Below are positions 18,139 to 27,366 of a DNA stretch of 35,940 bases, piece after piece; the stretch's first letter is position 1; each line of letters starts with the position of its first letter. The notes beneath the pieces are model-generated. The model made no database searches. It was given only the letters and a program-made list of their open reading frames with translations, and was not told the DNA's origin. Origin of the DNA: a virus (taxonomy: Duplodnaviria > Caudoviricetes); the IMG/VR virus record IMGVR_UViG_3300046779_002444, positions 1-35,940 of that record. One strand, given 5' to 3'. The translations under genes and the position numbers were made by a program.

Positions 18139-18381
18139 ATGAAAATATTAAGATTTACCGCATCATGGTGCCAACCATGTAAATCATTGGCAAAGAATTT
18201 AGAAGAAGCAAACTTGTCAATACCAATTGAGGTGGTTGATATTGATGTTCAATCTGATATTGCAGTTGAATATGGCATTCGTGGTGTGCCAACTTTGGTG
18301 TTGACTGATGGTACAGTTGAAATTAAACGATTGGTTGGTTCAAAGACAGTTAAAGAGTTACAAGAGTGGGCAACAGTATGA
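18139..18381 (+). CDS. thioredoxin
   Basis: FTASWCQPCK, YGIRGVPT. Confidence 0.92.
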   Translation: MKILRFTASWCQPCKSLAKNLEEANLSIPIEVVDIDVQSDIAVEYGIRGVPTLVLTDGTVEIKRLVGSKTVKELQEWATV

Positions 18382-19370
18382 TTAAAAAAGTATCAGAAAC
18401 TAAACTAACGGAAGAAAGAAGTTATTTCAAACCGTTTAATTATGCATGGGCTTACGATGCATGGTTGAAACACGAACAATCTCATTGGCTTCACACAGAA
18501 GTTCCAATGCATGAAGATATCAAAGATTGGAAGAAAGTTTTAACCAATGAAGAAAAACAATTCTTAACACACATCTTCCGTTTCTTCACACAAGGTGATA
18601 TTGACGTTGCTGGTGGTTATGTTAAGAATTATCTTCCATATTTTCCACAACCTGAAATTCGTATGATGTTGATGGGTTTTGCAGCACGTGAAGCATTACA
18701 CGTTGCCGCTTATTCACACTTGATTGAAACACTTGGTCTGCCAGAAGCAACATACAATCAGTTCTTAGATTATCAAGAAATGAAAGACAAACATGATTAT
18801 GTTTTGGATCTTTCTAGTAAAAATGGAGATGCTGCTTCAACTGCAACTCACATCGCCGTGTTCAGTGCCTTTACTGAAGGGATGCAGTTGTTCAGCAGCT
18901 TCATTATGTTGTTGAATTTCCCACGCACAGGCAAGATGAAAGGCATGGGTCAAATCGTTACTTGGTCTATTGTTGATGAAACTATGCACGCTGAGAATAT
19001 GATTAAATTATTCCGCACATACATAGAAGAAAACAAAGATATCTGGAATGACGAACTTAAATCAAGAATCTACACAATCGCCGAAAAGATGGTTGAATTG
19101 GAAGATAAGTTTATTGACCTCGCCTTTTCTATGGGCGCTATGGACGGTCTTTCTAGTGAAGATGTTAAAAAGTATATTCGTTATATTGCTGATAGGCGCC
19201 TTATATCTCTTGGTCTTAAAGGCATCTTTAAAGTGAAGAAGAATCCTCTGCCTTGGGTAGAAGAAATGATTAACGCACCAACTCACACCAATTTCTTTGA
19301 GAATCGTGCTACTGACTATGCTAAGGGTGCATTGTCTGGAGATTGGGGAGATGTTTGGGCCACTAACTAA
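18378..19370 (+). CDS. nrdB: ribonucleotide reductase class Ia beta subunit
   Basis: FFTQGD, EALH..AY, EGMQLFSSF, DETMH, NFFE.R.T.Y. Confidence 0.96.
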   Translation: MIKKVSETKLTEERSYFKPFNYAWAYDAWLKHEQSHWLHTEVPMHEDIKDWKKVLTNEEKQFLTHIFRFFTQGDIDVAGGYVKNYLPYFPQPEIRMMLMGFAAREALHVAAYSHLIETLGLPEATYNQFLDYQEMKDKHDYVLDLSSKNGDAASTATHIAVFSAFTEGMQLFSSFIMLLNFPRTGKMKGMGQIVTWSIVDETMHAENMIKLFRTYIEENKDIWNDELKSRIYTIAEKMVELEDKFIDLAFSMGAMDGLSSEDVKKYIRYIADRRLISLGLKGIFKVKKNPLPWVEEMINAPTHTNFFENRATDYAKGALSGDWGDVWATN

Positions 19371-19381
19371 AGGGAAACACA

Positions 19382-19573
19382 ATGTCAACAAAAACAATAA
19401 CAGCGGAGTGTAGTAACTGTGAATCCAGTTACGATATGATTTATATGGAAGAATTAGTATCAGAACAATTACCAGAATTTTGTCCGTTTTGCGGCGAACC
19501 CATTGATACGTTGTCCGAAGAAGAATATATAGAGGACGATGAACTCAATGATGATGATAAATGGAACGACTGA
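19382..19573 (+). CDS. small zinc-ribbon protein with acidic tail
   Basis: CSNC..FCPFCG. Confidence 0.75.
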   Translation: MSTKTITAECSNCESSYDMIYMEELVSEQLPEFCPFCGEPIDTLSEEEYIEDDELNDDDKWND

Positions 19574-19977
19574 ACTGGTTATATAACGATAAAGATTTTA
19601 CAGAAGATTTAATTGGTGAGTATTACGGGTTTGTTTACCGGATTACCAACATGGTGGACGGTAAACAATACATTGGTAAGAAATTCTTTTATTCATCCAA
19701 AACAAAACAAGTCAAAGGTAAGAAGAAACGTTTCAAAGTTTCCTCAGACTGGCAAACTTACTACGGGTCTAATGACATCCTGAAAAAAGATGTTATAATG
19801 TACGGAGAGGACCAGTTTAAACGAGAAATCATCCACTTATGCAAGTCAAAAGGTGAATGTGGTTATCTAGAGGCCAAAGAACAATTTGTCAATGGTGTTT
19901 TGGAGAGTGACAACTTTTACAATAATTGGATTATGGTAAGAGTGAGAAAGTCACACATTAAAGGATTACAATGTTAG
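19561..19977 (+). CDS. denA: GIY-YIG endonuclease (T4 endonuclease II-like)
   Basis: YGFVYRIT..YIGKK, SDW..YYGS, F.REI, E...Q, FYN..I. Confidence 0.8.
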   Translation: MERLNWLYNDKDFTEDLIGEYYGFVYRITNMVDGKQYIGKKFFYSSKTKQVKGKKKRFKVSSDWQTYYGSNDILKKDVIMYGEDQFKREIIHLCKSKGECGYLEAKEQFVNGVLESDNFYNNWIMVRVRKSHIKGLQC

Positions 19978-20306
19978 AAGTGTTTAGAGATATGACCGAT
20001 TATGATGTATTGTTCTTTCTACCTGGTGAAGAAGAAGATATGTTTAGAATTGAGTCCTGTAAGTATAAGGATCCCGGTAATCAGATTGGTGGCAGTGAAT
20101 TAGGTCCAGAATATACTGTTGTGTTGTTTAAATGCAACGATGAAGATGGTACTTATGACCATGATAGTTTTGATGCTATTCTTGCCGATCCTAGGATTTA
20201 CATTTCCGGTTTGATTCCCCAAGACTGGTATGGTTTAGTTGCAAGAAAAACAACAACATCCCAATCTTTTGTAAAAGATATGATTGACAAGTTCAAAGAA
20301 ATCTGA
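19971..20306 (+). CDS. hypothetical protein
   Basis: In-operon ORF with AAGGA RBS. Confidence 0.7.
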   Translation: MLEVFRDMTDYDVLFFLPGEEEDMFRIESCKYKDPGNQIGGSELGPEYTVVLFKCNDEDGTYDHDSFDAILADPRIYISGLIPQDWYGLVARKTTTSQSFVKDMIDKFKEI

Positions 20307-20312
20307 TACAAT
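20284..20312 (+). promoter_or_regulatory. sigma70-type promoter
   Basis: TTGACA-17bp-TACAAT upstream of rnh. Confidence 0.7.
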
Positions 20313-20341
20313 CATTTTATGGAAACAATTGAAAGTTTATT

Positions 20342-21205
20342 ATGATTCTCGTAGACCTTAACCAGGTTTTATTGTCTGGCCTCATGGCACAAATTGCAAG
20401 CCAAAAAGGTGTGAAGTTGGAGGAAGACCTCATTCGTCACATGATTCTAAACATCATTAGGACACACCTAAGAAACTTCCGTAAAGATTATGGAGAGGTT
20501 GTACTATGTTCTGACAACCGTAAATACTGGCGCAAGGAGTTTTTTCCTTTCTACAAAGCTGGTCGCAAAAAGTCCCGTGAAAAGTCCGACCTAGACTGGC
20601 ACCTTATCTTTGATATGTTAGCCAAGTTTAAGGTTGAACTCAAAGAAAATTTCCCATATAAAGTTATTGATGTTGAAGGTGCAGAAGCTGATGATATTAT
20701 TGGCACACTTGTACCTCGTCATATCATGCATGAAAACATCCTGATTATTTCAAGTGATGGTGATTTCTTGCAATTGCAAATGTACAATGGTAAAAGTAAC
20801 TTTACAGTTAAACAATACAATCCTGCACAAAAGAAATTTATTGTTTCGGAAAACCCACTGGATGAATTGAAAGAGAAGATTATTCGTGGTGATAAAGGTG
20901 ATGGCATTCCTAATGTACTATCTGCATCTGATTGTTTTGTACGTGATATTCGCCAAACACCAATTAGTAAAGGCAAACTGGAAAAGTTGATGGAGAAAAA
21001 CTATGGTGATTGGGAAGATGAGAAGGCTAAAGTTGGATTCTCACGCAACCAGACACTAATTGACCTGAGAAACATTCCAGGTGATATACAGTCGAAAATC
21101 ATAAATAATTATGAAGAAACAGTGCCTGCATCTAAAGGCAAAATTTTAGACTATCTTATTGCTAACAAACTTAAAAACTTAATTGATGTTATTGAGGAAT
21201 TTTGA
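20342..21205 (+). CDS. rnh: RNase H / 5'-3' exonuclease (T4 rnh-like)
   Basis: ILVD, YWRK.FFP.YKA.R, EADDII, ISSDGDF.QL, GDKGDGIPN. Confidence 0.95.
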   Translation: MILVDLNQVLLSGLMAQIASQKGVKLEEDLIRHMILNIIRTHLRNFRKDYGEVVLCSDNRKYWRKEFFPFYKAGRKKSREKSDLDWHLIFDMLAKFKVELKENFPYKVIDVEGAEADDIIGTLVPRHIMHENILIISSDGDFLQLQMYNGKSNFTVKQYNPAQKKFIVSENPLDELKEKIIRGDKGDGIPNVLSASDCFVRDIRQTPISKGKLEKLMEKNYGDWEDEKAKVGFSRNQTLIDLRNIPGDIQSKIINNYEETVPASKGKILDYLIANKLKNLIDVIEEF

Positions 21206-21630
21206 TGAAGAATCTTTATGAAGTATTTGACGATTTTGAAAATGCAAAATCAAAAAAAGACAAGATGGGTGTGATTCAACAAAACCTATCACAAACACTT
21301 GTCAAAGTTTTAGAACTAACTTTTCATCCACAAATTCAGTGGAAAGTAAAAGAGTTGCCCGACAATTACAAAGTGCCAACAGATATGTTGCCTGGACTAA
21401 CATATGACAGTTTGAATGCTCAATTGCGTAGACTGTATATGTTCAGAGAAGGTGATCCAACGGCAGAATCACTTACACCAAGACGCCGTGAAGAATTGTT
21501 ATTACAAATTCTTGAATCTATTGAACCACGTGAAGCGGAAGTTATTTTGGGTATTTTCCAAAAAGATTTGGGAGTGAAAGGTCTTGATTATAAGTTTGTC
21601 AAAGAAGCTTTCCCAAATCTTTTGCCATGA
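21205..21630 (+). CDS. conserved T4-like hypothetical protein (DUF6433-like)
   Basis: RRE.L..Q.LE...P.EAE.......K.L........V.EAFP pattern; position after rnh. Confidence 0.7.
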   Translation: MKNLYEVFDDFENAKSKKDKMGVIQQNLSQTLVKVLELTFHPQIQWKVKELPDNYKVPTDMLPGLTYDSLNAQLRRLYMFREGDPTAESLTPRRREELLLQILESIEPREAEVILGIFQKDLGVKGLDYKFVKEAFPNLLP

Positions 21631-21995
21631 CCAAAGAAAAAGTAATCGTTACTGCTGGTGAGTTTGATCCACTATCAATCGAAGAACTACGATTCTTACA
21701 AAAATGTAAAATGTATGGTCATTGGTTGATTGTTGGTATACATTCGGATAATTGGATGGAATTGTGTCGTGCTGGTTCATATCAAAGTTATGGGCACCGT
21801 CACGAAATAATCCAAAGTCTGAAATGTGTAGATGAAGTGTTTAGGTTTAACGATGATGATGGTAGTGTGTGTAATTTGTTGAAACTTGTTAAGTTGTGTT
21901 ATCCAACGGCTGATATAACTTACATTTCAAACCAAGATATGCATGATATGCCAGAAACTAAAATCCGTGGTATTAAATTTGAAGTTCTAAAATAG
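21627..21995 (+). CDS. cytidylyltransferase-like (TagD/RfaE fold) protein, apparently degenerate
   Basis: VTAGEFDPL, LIVGIHSD, R.EI..LKCVDEV; HxGH replaced by SIEE. Confidence 0.7.
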   Translation: MTKEKVIVTAGEFDPLSIEELRFLQKCKMYGHWLIVGIHSDNWMELCRAGSYQSYGHRHEIIQSLKCVDEVFRFNDDDGSVCNLLKLVKLCYPTADITYISNQDMHDMPETKIRGIKFEVLK

Positions 21996-22008
21996 GAGTT
22001 TATTCAAA

Positions 22009-22191
22009 GTGTCAAAATTTGTAGCTAAATTTCGCAAAAGCGACTACAACGAAGATTATGAGTTTATGCCAAAGCGTAAACGTAAAGGTGAATTTGAGGA
22101 AATGCGTAAAATGAAAAAACGCAGGTACGAGGATTATGATGGTGAACCGTCATATAAAACTGGTACAAACAAATATAGAAAAAGTTATTAA
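22009..22191 (+). CDS. small highly charged hypothetical protein
   Basis: AGGAG RBS, GTG start. Confidence 0.6.
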   Translation: MSKFVAKFRKSDYNEDYEFMPKRKRKGEFEEMRKMKKRRYEDYDGEPSYKTGTNKYRKSY

Positions 22192-22224
22192 TTTTCATGG
22201 TGTTGTAAATCTGCAACACAACAG

Positions 22225-22253
22225 TTGACTTCTGTGACAGAATATAGTATAAT
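22225..22253 (+). promoter_or_regulatory. sigma70 promoter with upstream palindrome (22200-22219)
   Basis: TTGACT-17bp-TATAAT, preceded by GTGTTGTAAATCTGCAACAC. Confidence 0.8.
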
Positions 22254-22278
22254 ACACTATAATTTGTTGGAGTTTATT

Positions 22279-22611
22279 ATGATTGTTTATGGTCACATTC
22301 GGAAGTCAAAACAAAAAAAGGCACCTCGTGCCGTGCGTGAGCAATATGAACAATGGCTTGCTTCGCATCAAAAACCCACAAAAATCATACATACCAACAA
22401 TAAGTTGACTGGTTATACATTGTCGGCACCTGCTGGCCGTGAAACCAAGCACTATCCGTCACTTGATACTGGTCTTGGCACTGCTACAAAGGCAGCACCA
22501 AAGGTTTACACTGGCACAAAAGTGATGGGAATTGCAACAATGCACAAATCCAACGCTGTTCCTGTTTTTAATAGTGAAGAAGCGGTAGAAATTTCAAAAA
22601 TGAGGCGCTAA
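22279..22611 (+). CDS. conserved phage hypothetical protein
   Basis: YTG....GIATMHKSN.VPV......A.EI..MRR signature; GGAG RBS. Confidence 0.75.
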   Translation: MIVYGHIRKSKQKKAPRAVREQYEQWLASHQKPTKIIHTNNKLTGYTLSAPAGRETKHYPSLDTGLGTATKAAPKVYTGTKVMGIATMHKSNAVPVFNSEEAVEISKMRR

Positions 22612-22612
22612 A

Positions 22613-22765
22613 ATGAGTAAGAAAATGAGTTTTGTTGTAAAATTACAACGTCCTGTGTGTCGTACACCAATTAAACCGGTGCAGGCACACAAAAATGTCG
22701 TAAAATACAGTCGTAAAGACGAAAAAAAGGCGATTTTGTCGCAAATCACTGCTCTAGGAGATTAA
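22613..22765 (+). CDS. small basic hypothetical protein (50 aa, not in ORF track)
   Basis: MSKKMSFVVKLQRPVCRTPIKPVQAHKNVVKYSRK...; fills the operon gap. Confidence 0.55.
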   Translation: MSKKMSFVVKLQRPVCRTPIKPVQAHKNVVKYSRKDEKKAILSQITALGD

Positions 22766-22766
22766 A

Positions 22767-22925
22767 ATGTCGCAAAATACTGAGCTAATTGTACCGGCTG
22801 ACTTGGTTTGTGATGAACTTGAGCCATATAAACGATTGGAAAATGTCATGAAAATCTGGGCTGTCGCTTCCGTACATGAGGATGAGCAAGAGCAGTACAG
22901 AAAAATGAAAGAGTACTATGAATAA
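22767..22925 (+). CDS. small hypothetical protein (52 aa, not in ORF track)
   Basis: AGGAG RBS; MSQNTELIVPADL...KEYYE. Confidence 0.6.
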   Translation: MSQNTELIVPADLVCDELEPYKRLENVMKIWAVASVHEDEQEQYRKMKEYYE

Positions 22926-23094
22926 TTCTTGGACAACCAATTTAATTGAGGCCGATGACGGATCAGGTGATGCAATCTTACAGTTTCCTGACGAATTGAT
23001 TAAAGAAAAAGGTTGGACAGAAGGAACAGTACTAAATTTGAAAGTTGAAGAAACACCAACTGGTAATGTTTTGATTATTACTGAGAAAATATAA
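22918..23094 (+). CDS. AbrB/MazE/SpoVT-like DNA-binding protein (58 aa, not in ORF track)
   Basis: DGSGDAILQFPDELIKEKGWTEGTVL swapped-hairpin pattern; TAATG coupling to the next gene. Confidence 0.7.
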   Translation: MNNSWTTNLIEADDGSGDAILQFPDELIKEKGWTEGTVLNLKVEETPTGNVLIITEKI

Positions 23095-25301
23095 TGGAAT
23101 TATCTGGATCAAAATCACTGTTAGCTAAATTAATGGCAACAGAGAATCTTATTGTTGAACATCGTAAAGTATCGACCGCATCATTTGATGTGAGAAACCG
23201 TATTTTGACTATTCCCATTTTGTCAAAGGAATTGTCAAGTTATATGTATGACCTGTTTACAGGCCATGAAGTTGGTCATGCTCTCTACACACCACTAGAT
23301 GGCATGTTAAAAGCCAAACAAGATAAAATCAATATGAGTGTTTTGAATGTGGTTGAAGATTCCCGCATTGAACGCAAAATCAAATACAAGTATCCTGGAT
23401 TGAAACATCCATTTATCAAAGCCTATGGTGAAATGATTGAAGATAATTTCTTTGAAACTAAAGGCAAAAACCTTGACGAATACAATTTGATTGACAGAAT
23501 CAATTTACATTGTAAAGTCGGTGCATCATTGACCATCAAATTCACCGAAGAAGAGCGTGAATTGTTGGATGCTGTCGAATCAACTGAAACTTATGAAGAA
23601 GTGATTGAAGTCACCAAGCGAATCATTGAGTTTATGAAGATGCAAGAAGAAGATGATATCCGTCAGGAAATTGTCCAAAAAGTTCTTGGTGTAAAAGGTG
23701 ATAAATCCGAAACACCACCAGAAGAATCATCTGATAATAAAGAAGAAGATGGTAATGAAGGTGATGGTGAAACACAAGAAGATAAACCAGAAGGATCAAA
23801 TAAACCAGATAATTCTGATAAACCAGATAATTCTGATGGTGATGACGATTCCAATGATGAAACACAACAGAACGAAGAACCAACAAATGAATCACAGGAT
23901 GAATCTCAAGAGCCAGAAATGACTCCTGAAATGGAAGAACTGATTGATAAAATGGTTGAGAAAGCCATGGAAGAATTCATTGGTTCAAAAACTGATGAAG
24001 CACAACATCGTAATGAGAAAAAGATTTACGATACATCTGGTGGTGAGTATTACTATGTTAATATTCCAAAAGTCAATACTGATTTTATTCTAGGTTATAA
24101 AGACCTATATCAACGATACAAGAAAGATGGTTTTGATACAAATACAAAACAGTATTTGAAGTATCGCCGTGAATCAGAAAAGGTTGTTTCTTACTTAGTT
24201 AAAGAATTTGAATTGCGTAAGAATGCCGACCAGTTGAAACGTGCAAACATTTCAAAGACTGGTGATTTGAATATGGCTAAAATATTTTCTTATCAATTCA
24301 GCGAAGATATTTTCAAAAAGATAACGGTTGTTCCTGGTGGTAAATCACACGGACTTGTTATGTTTTTGGATTGGTCTGGTTCTATGGTCGACCATATTGC
24401 AAACACAATGAAACAGTTGGTTAACTTGACTATGTTCTGTAAGAAGGTTAATATTCCATTTGAAGTGTATTCATTCATCGAACATCCTGCTTCTGACAAG
24501 GAATTCAAACAAATAGCTAAACAAGGTGATATGGTATTGAGTAAATTTGGTCTTGCAAATATACTTTCAAGTCGTATGAGTTCAAGTGAATTGACTTTTG
24601 CTTATAGTGCTTTGTTTTCATTATCTGGCATTGGTGGTCGCCCAACACAACAACCATATTGGATGTCCATGTCTGGTACACCTTTGAATGAAGCAGTAGT
24701 AGCTGCAATGGATATTGTTCCTGAATTTCAAAAGAAATATAGGCTGCAAAATGTCAATACAATTTTCCTAACTGATGGTGAAGGCCACAGACTTAACTCA
24801 AAATTTATGAGTGAATCTATACACGATACTGAAAACTACATTTATTCAAGGACATCAATTAGTAAAGTTGTTATGTGCGATCCAGTAACTAAACACCAAG
24901 AAAGTTACGAACTCTATTACAGTGGTATGAATCAAACAAAAGCTTTGATTAAATTATTGAAGTTGAGAACAAATTCAAATGTTATTGGTTTCTATGTTGC
25001 CAATGGTCGTGAGTTTAGTCGAAGAATCTTTGACTTCTTTCCAGAATGTCGTAATAATTATAACAAAACGGAAGAGAAGAAAGAAATTTTTAGAAAGAAT
25101 AAATTCTTGATTGCTGAAGATAGTGGTTTTGATGAATATTATATTCTACGAACCGGCGGCCTAGATACTGATGAGAATAATAAATTCGATACTACTGAAG
25201 CTTCAACTACACGTAGTCTTGTAAATGCTTTTAGCAAGTATGCAGGAAGCAAAGTAAACAATCGGGTTATTTTGAATCGTTTTATTGATTTAATTACATA
25301 G
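23094..25301 (+). CDS. metallopeptidase-like plus VWA domain protein (CobT-like)
   Basis: GHEVGHAL (HExxH), NVVED.RIE, long acidic linker, LDWSGSM MIDAS, GTPL, LTDGE. Confidence 0.85.
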   Translation: MELSGSKSLLAKLMATENLIVEHRKVSTASFDVRNRILTIPILSKELSSYMYDLFTGHEVGHALYTPLDGMLKAKQDKINMSVLNVVEDSRIERKIKYKYPGLKHPFIKAYGEMIEDNFFETKGKNLDEYNLIDRINLHCKVGASLTIKFTEEERELLDAVESTETYEEVIEVTKRIIEFMKMQEEDDIRQEIVQKVLGVKGDKSETPPEESSDNKEEDGNEGDGETQEDKPEGSNKPDNSDKPDNSDGDDDSNDETQQNEEPTNESQDESQEPEMTPEMEELIDKMVEKAMEEFIGSKTDEAQHRNEKKIYDTSGGEYYYVNIPKVNTDFILGYKDLYQRYKKDGFDTNTKQYLKYRRESEKVVSYLVKEFELRKNADQLKRANISKTGDLNMAKIFSYQFSEDIFKKITVVPGGKSHGLVMFLDWSGSMVDHIANTMKQLVNLTMFCKKVNIPFEVYSFIEHPASDKEFKQIAKQGDMVLSKFGLANILSSRMSSSELTFAYSALFSLSGIGGRPTQQPYWMSMSGTPLNEAVVAAMDIVPEFQKKYRLQNVNTIFLTDGEGHRLNSKFMSESIHDTENYIYSRTSISKVVMCDPVTKHQESYELYYSGMNQTKALIKLLKLRTNSNVIGFYVANGREFSRRIFDFFPECRNNYNKTEEKKEIFRKNKFLIAEDSGFDEYYILRTGGLDTDENNKFDTTEASTTRSLVNAFSKYAGSKVNNRVILNRFIDLIT

Positions 25302-25309
25302 GAGTTTAA

Positions 25310-25540
25310 ATGAAATTATATTCAGAATATAATAACTTAAATAAAAAAGCAACTGTTTCCAAAATGAAATTGGAAGGATATGATAATTCTTTTCAAAAGT
25401 GGGAAGTCACTTTATTCATTGATGGTCGGATGATTCAAAAAGTCACCACACATAGTGAAGAAAAAGCCGAACACATTGCTGAAGATTTTGTACAGAATGA
25501 GAACGGTGGTGCATCATCACTGTTGAGTGAATATGTCTGA
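25310..25540 (+). CDS. hypothetical protein
   Basis: AGGAG RBS; AE..AEDFV. Confidence 0.7.
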   Translation: MKLYSEYNNLNKKATVSKMKLEGYDNSFQKWEVTLFIDGRMIQKVTTHSEEKAEHIAEDFVQNENGGASSLLSEYV

Positions 25541-25781
25541 TATTGATGATATGCCAAATCCCAATCAGGTCCTCAAAGACCTGTTGGGTCGATGTAAAGA
25601 AGCCAAAGCATGGGAAATTTCATGTTTCGTGGATGAGGCTTGGGCACCCAATGGTAGAATGCCTTTTGATATGAAAATCAAAGATGGCATTTTTACCTGT
25701 AGGGTAATTGCTGCAACTAAACTGGAGGCAGCAACCATTGTTGGTAATGAACTGCCTGTTATTAAATTTATTGATGATTGA
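25533..25781 (+). CDS. hypothetical protein
   Basis: In-operon ORF; PFD..I..G...C.V.A.T..EA. Confidence 0.65.
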   Translation: MSDIDDMPNPNQVLKDLLGRCKEAKAWEISCFVDEAWAPNGRMPFDMKIKDGIFTCRVIAATKLEAATIVGNELPVIKFIDD

Positions 25782-25782
25782 T

Positions 25783-26055
25783 ATGAACAAGCAGACCAAA
25801 GAGATTTTTTGTATTGCACAAGAAGAATGTGCAGAAGTTACACAAGCCATTTCTAAAATTTTCCGATTTGGATTTGAGTCAGTACATCCAGTATCTGGCA
25901 AGAGTAATATGGAAAGTTTAGAGGAAGAAGTTGGTGACCTCCTTGCAATGATTGACATTATGGTGGAAAAGTGTATAATCTCAGATTCAAAGATTAATGC
26001 AGCCAGAATGGCAAAAAAAGAAAAATTGAAGATTTGGTCCAGTATTGAATTATGA
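25783..26055 (+). CDS. MazG-like NTP pyrophosphohydrolase
   Basis: QEECAEVTQAISK..RFG, LEEEVGDLLAM. Confidence 0.8.
   Translation: MNKQTKEIFCIAQEECAEVTQAISKIFRFGFESVHPVSGKSNMESLEEEVGDLLAMIDIMVEKCIISDSKINAARMAKKEKLKIWSSIEL
25952..25979 (+). promoter_or_regulatory. intragenic sigma70 promoter
   Basis: TTGACA-16bp-TATAAT. Confidence 0.55.
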
Positions 26056-26216
26056 CAGACGAAGAAGTTTTTAAGTTGTATGAAGATATGTTGAAGGTAT
26101 ATGGTGTATTGCCAGACATTGAACATGAGCCAATTCAATTTTCACATAAAGTTAAAATGTATAAACACTTTCATATGAAAAGGAATAATAATGGCGATAC
26201 CGGGAATGTTGATTGA
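26052..26216 (+). CDS. small hypothetical protein (54 aa, not in ORF track)
   Basis: ATGA overlap; LPD.EHEP.QF...VK.Y. Confidence 0.65.
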   Translation: MTDEEVFKLYEDMLKVYGVLPDIEHEPIQFSHKVKMYKHFHMKRNNNGDTGNVD

Positions 26217-26517
26217 CATAGCAACAGTTACTTTGAATTTCGACTCATATGATACACCAATCGGTGGAAAATTAGTTCGTGCTACTTATCGTTTGAATTC
26301 ATGGGAAAAGGCAAAGTTTTCAGATGATGAATACAAACAAAGGTTGAAAGAGAAACTTGCCATGGAAATGGCATCTTTTATTATTGAAAATAAATTGGCT
26401 GAATTTACTCAGTTGCATGATCCTACAGGAATGAGTGATGTCATTGCAATCAGGTGTTATCTAGCACCAGATGACCAAGTAAGAATTTTGAGAACACATT
26501 ATGGAAACATTCGATAA
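26191..26517 (+). CDS. hypothetical protein
   Basis: AAGGA RBS; in-operon. Confidence 0.65.
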   Translation: MAIPGMLIDIATVTLNFDSYDTPIGGKLVRATYRLNSWEKAKFSDDEYKQRLKEKLAMEMASFIIENKLAEFTQLHDPTGMSDVIAIRCYLAPDDQVRILRTHYGNIR

Positions 26518-27082
26518 TTTTGAAAAAGAAATAATCCTCCAGGCCAAATCAACTCTTATAGAAAATTTAAAAGATAAGTTATTGGATTTTCCAAAACACT
26601 TGGAAGTTTTTATTAAAGATAATGGAGTTTTGAGTGGTGGTAGTATATCATCTATTTTATGGAAAGAAACACCAAATGATTATGATATCTATTTGAAAAG
26701 TGATTCTGATGTTAAAGCATTCCAAGGTGTAATAAGGTCAGATGAATACCACCACCTGATTAAAGATGTGGACGAAAAATACATGGACACATTGAAAAAT
26801 GGTAAACTGATAACTGTCAACGCCACGACATTTAAAAATGGTATTCAAGTGATTACCATGAGTGATGCTTCACAAAGACTAGAATTTGATTTCATCCACT
26901 GTATGCCTTGGTTGGATCTTGGTAATGAAACTTTTTACATTTCCAGAGAACAGTATGATTCCATTAGGAAAATGACTTTGATAAAGAATCCTAACTATAA
27001 GATGCACCTGTCAAACAAGCGTATCTCTAAATATACTGAAAGAGGATGGAAATTTAACGAAGTGTTTAACCAAGTAGAATGA
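26501..27082 (+). CDS. Pol-beta-superfamily nucleotidyltransferase (CCA/poly(A)-polymerase head-like)
   Basis: LSGGSI.S......PNDYDIY, FDF.HC, R..KY..RGW. Confidence 0.7.
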   Translation: METFDNFEKEIILQAKSTLIENLKDKLLDFPKHLEVFIKDNGVLSGGSISSILWKETPNDYDIYLKSDSDVKAFQGVIRSDEYHHLIKDVDEKYMDTLKNGKLITVNATTFKNGIQVITMSDASQRLEFDFIHCMPWLDLGNETFYISREQYDSIRKMTLIKNPNYKMHLSNKRISKYTERGWKFNEVFNQVE

Positions 27083-27366
27083 CACCAAAAGTCAAAACAA
27101 TTTTAACAGTATGTGGTATTGTGGCAATCTTTCCAATATTAATCACACTGTTAATATTGTTGCATGACTTTTTGAACATTATAGTAATTTTCATTACATT
27201 TGGTTCTTGTATTGTCTTAACCTGTTACGGCCTATATCAAGAAATAAATGAAGAACTTAGACACCGCCATTATGTACACGAGATGTTATATCATGGTAAA
27301 TCTAAAGAATATGCAAAACGATTAGATTTCTACTTAGATTATTTTGGAGTTGGTGAATATAAATGA
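27079..27366 (+). CDS. membrane protein
   Basis: Two hydrophobic segments; ATGA coupling. Confidence 0.65.
   Translation: MTPKVKTILTVCGIVAIFPILITLLILLHDFLNIIVIFITFGSCIVLTCYGLYQEINEELRHRHYVHEMLYHGKSKEYAKRLDFYLDYFGVGEYK

Noticed and set aside
15712-19370. Introns or inteins in nrdA/nrdB
   Set aside because: Both ORFs are continuous and of ordinary length
19561-19977. GIY-YIG protein as a mobile homing endonuclease
   Set aside because: It is short, lacks C-terminal DNA-binding repeats, and its motifs and position match endonuclease II
22918-23094. AbrB-like gene as a toxin-antitoxin antitoxin
   Set aside because: No adjacent toxin-like ORF was recognised
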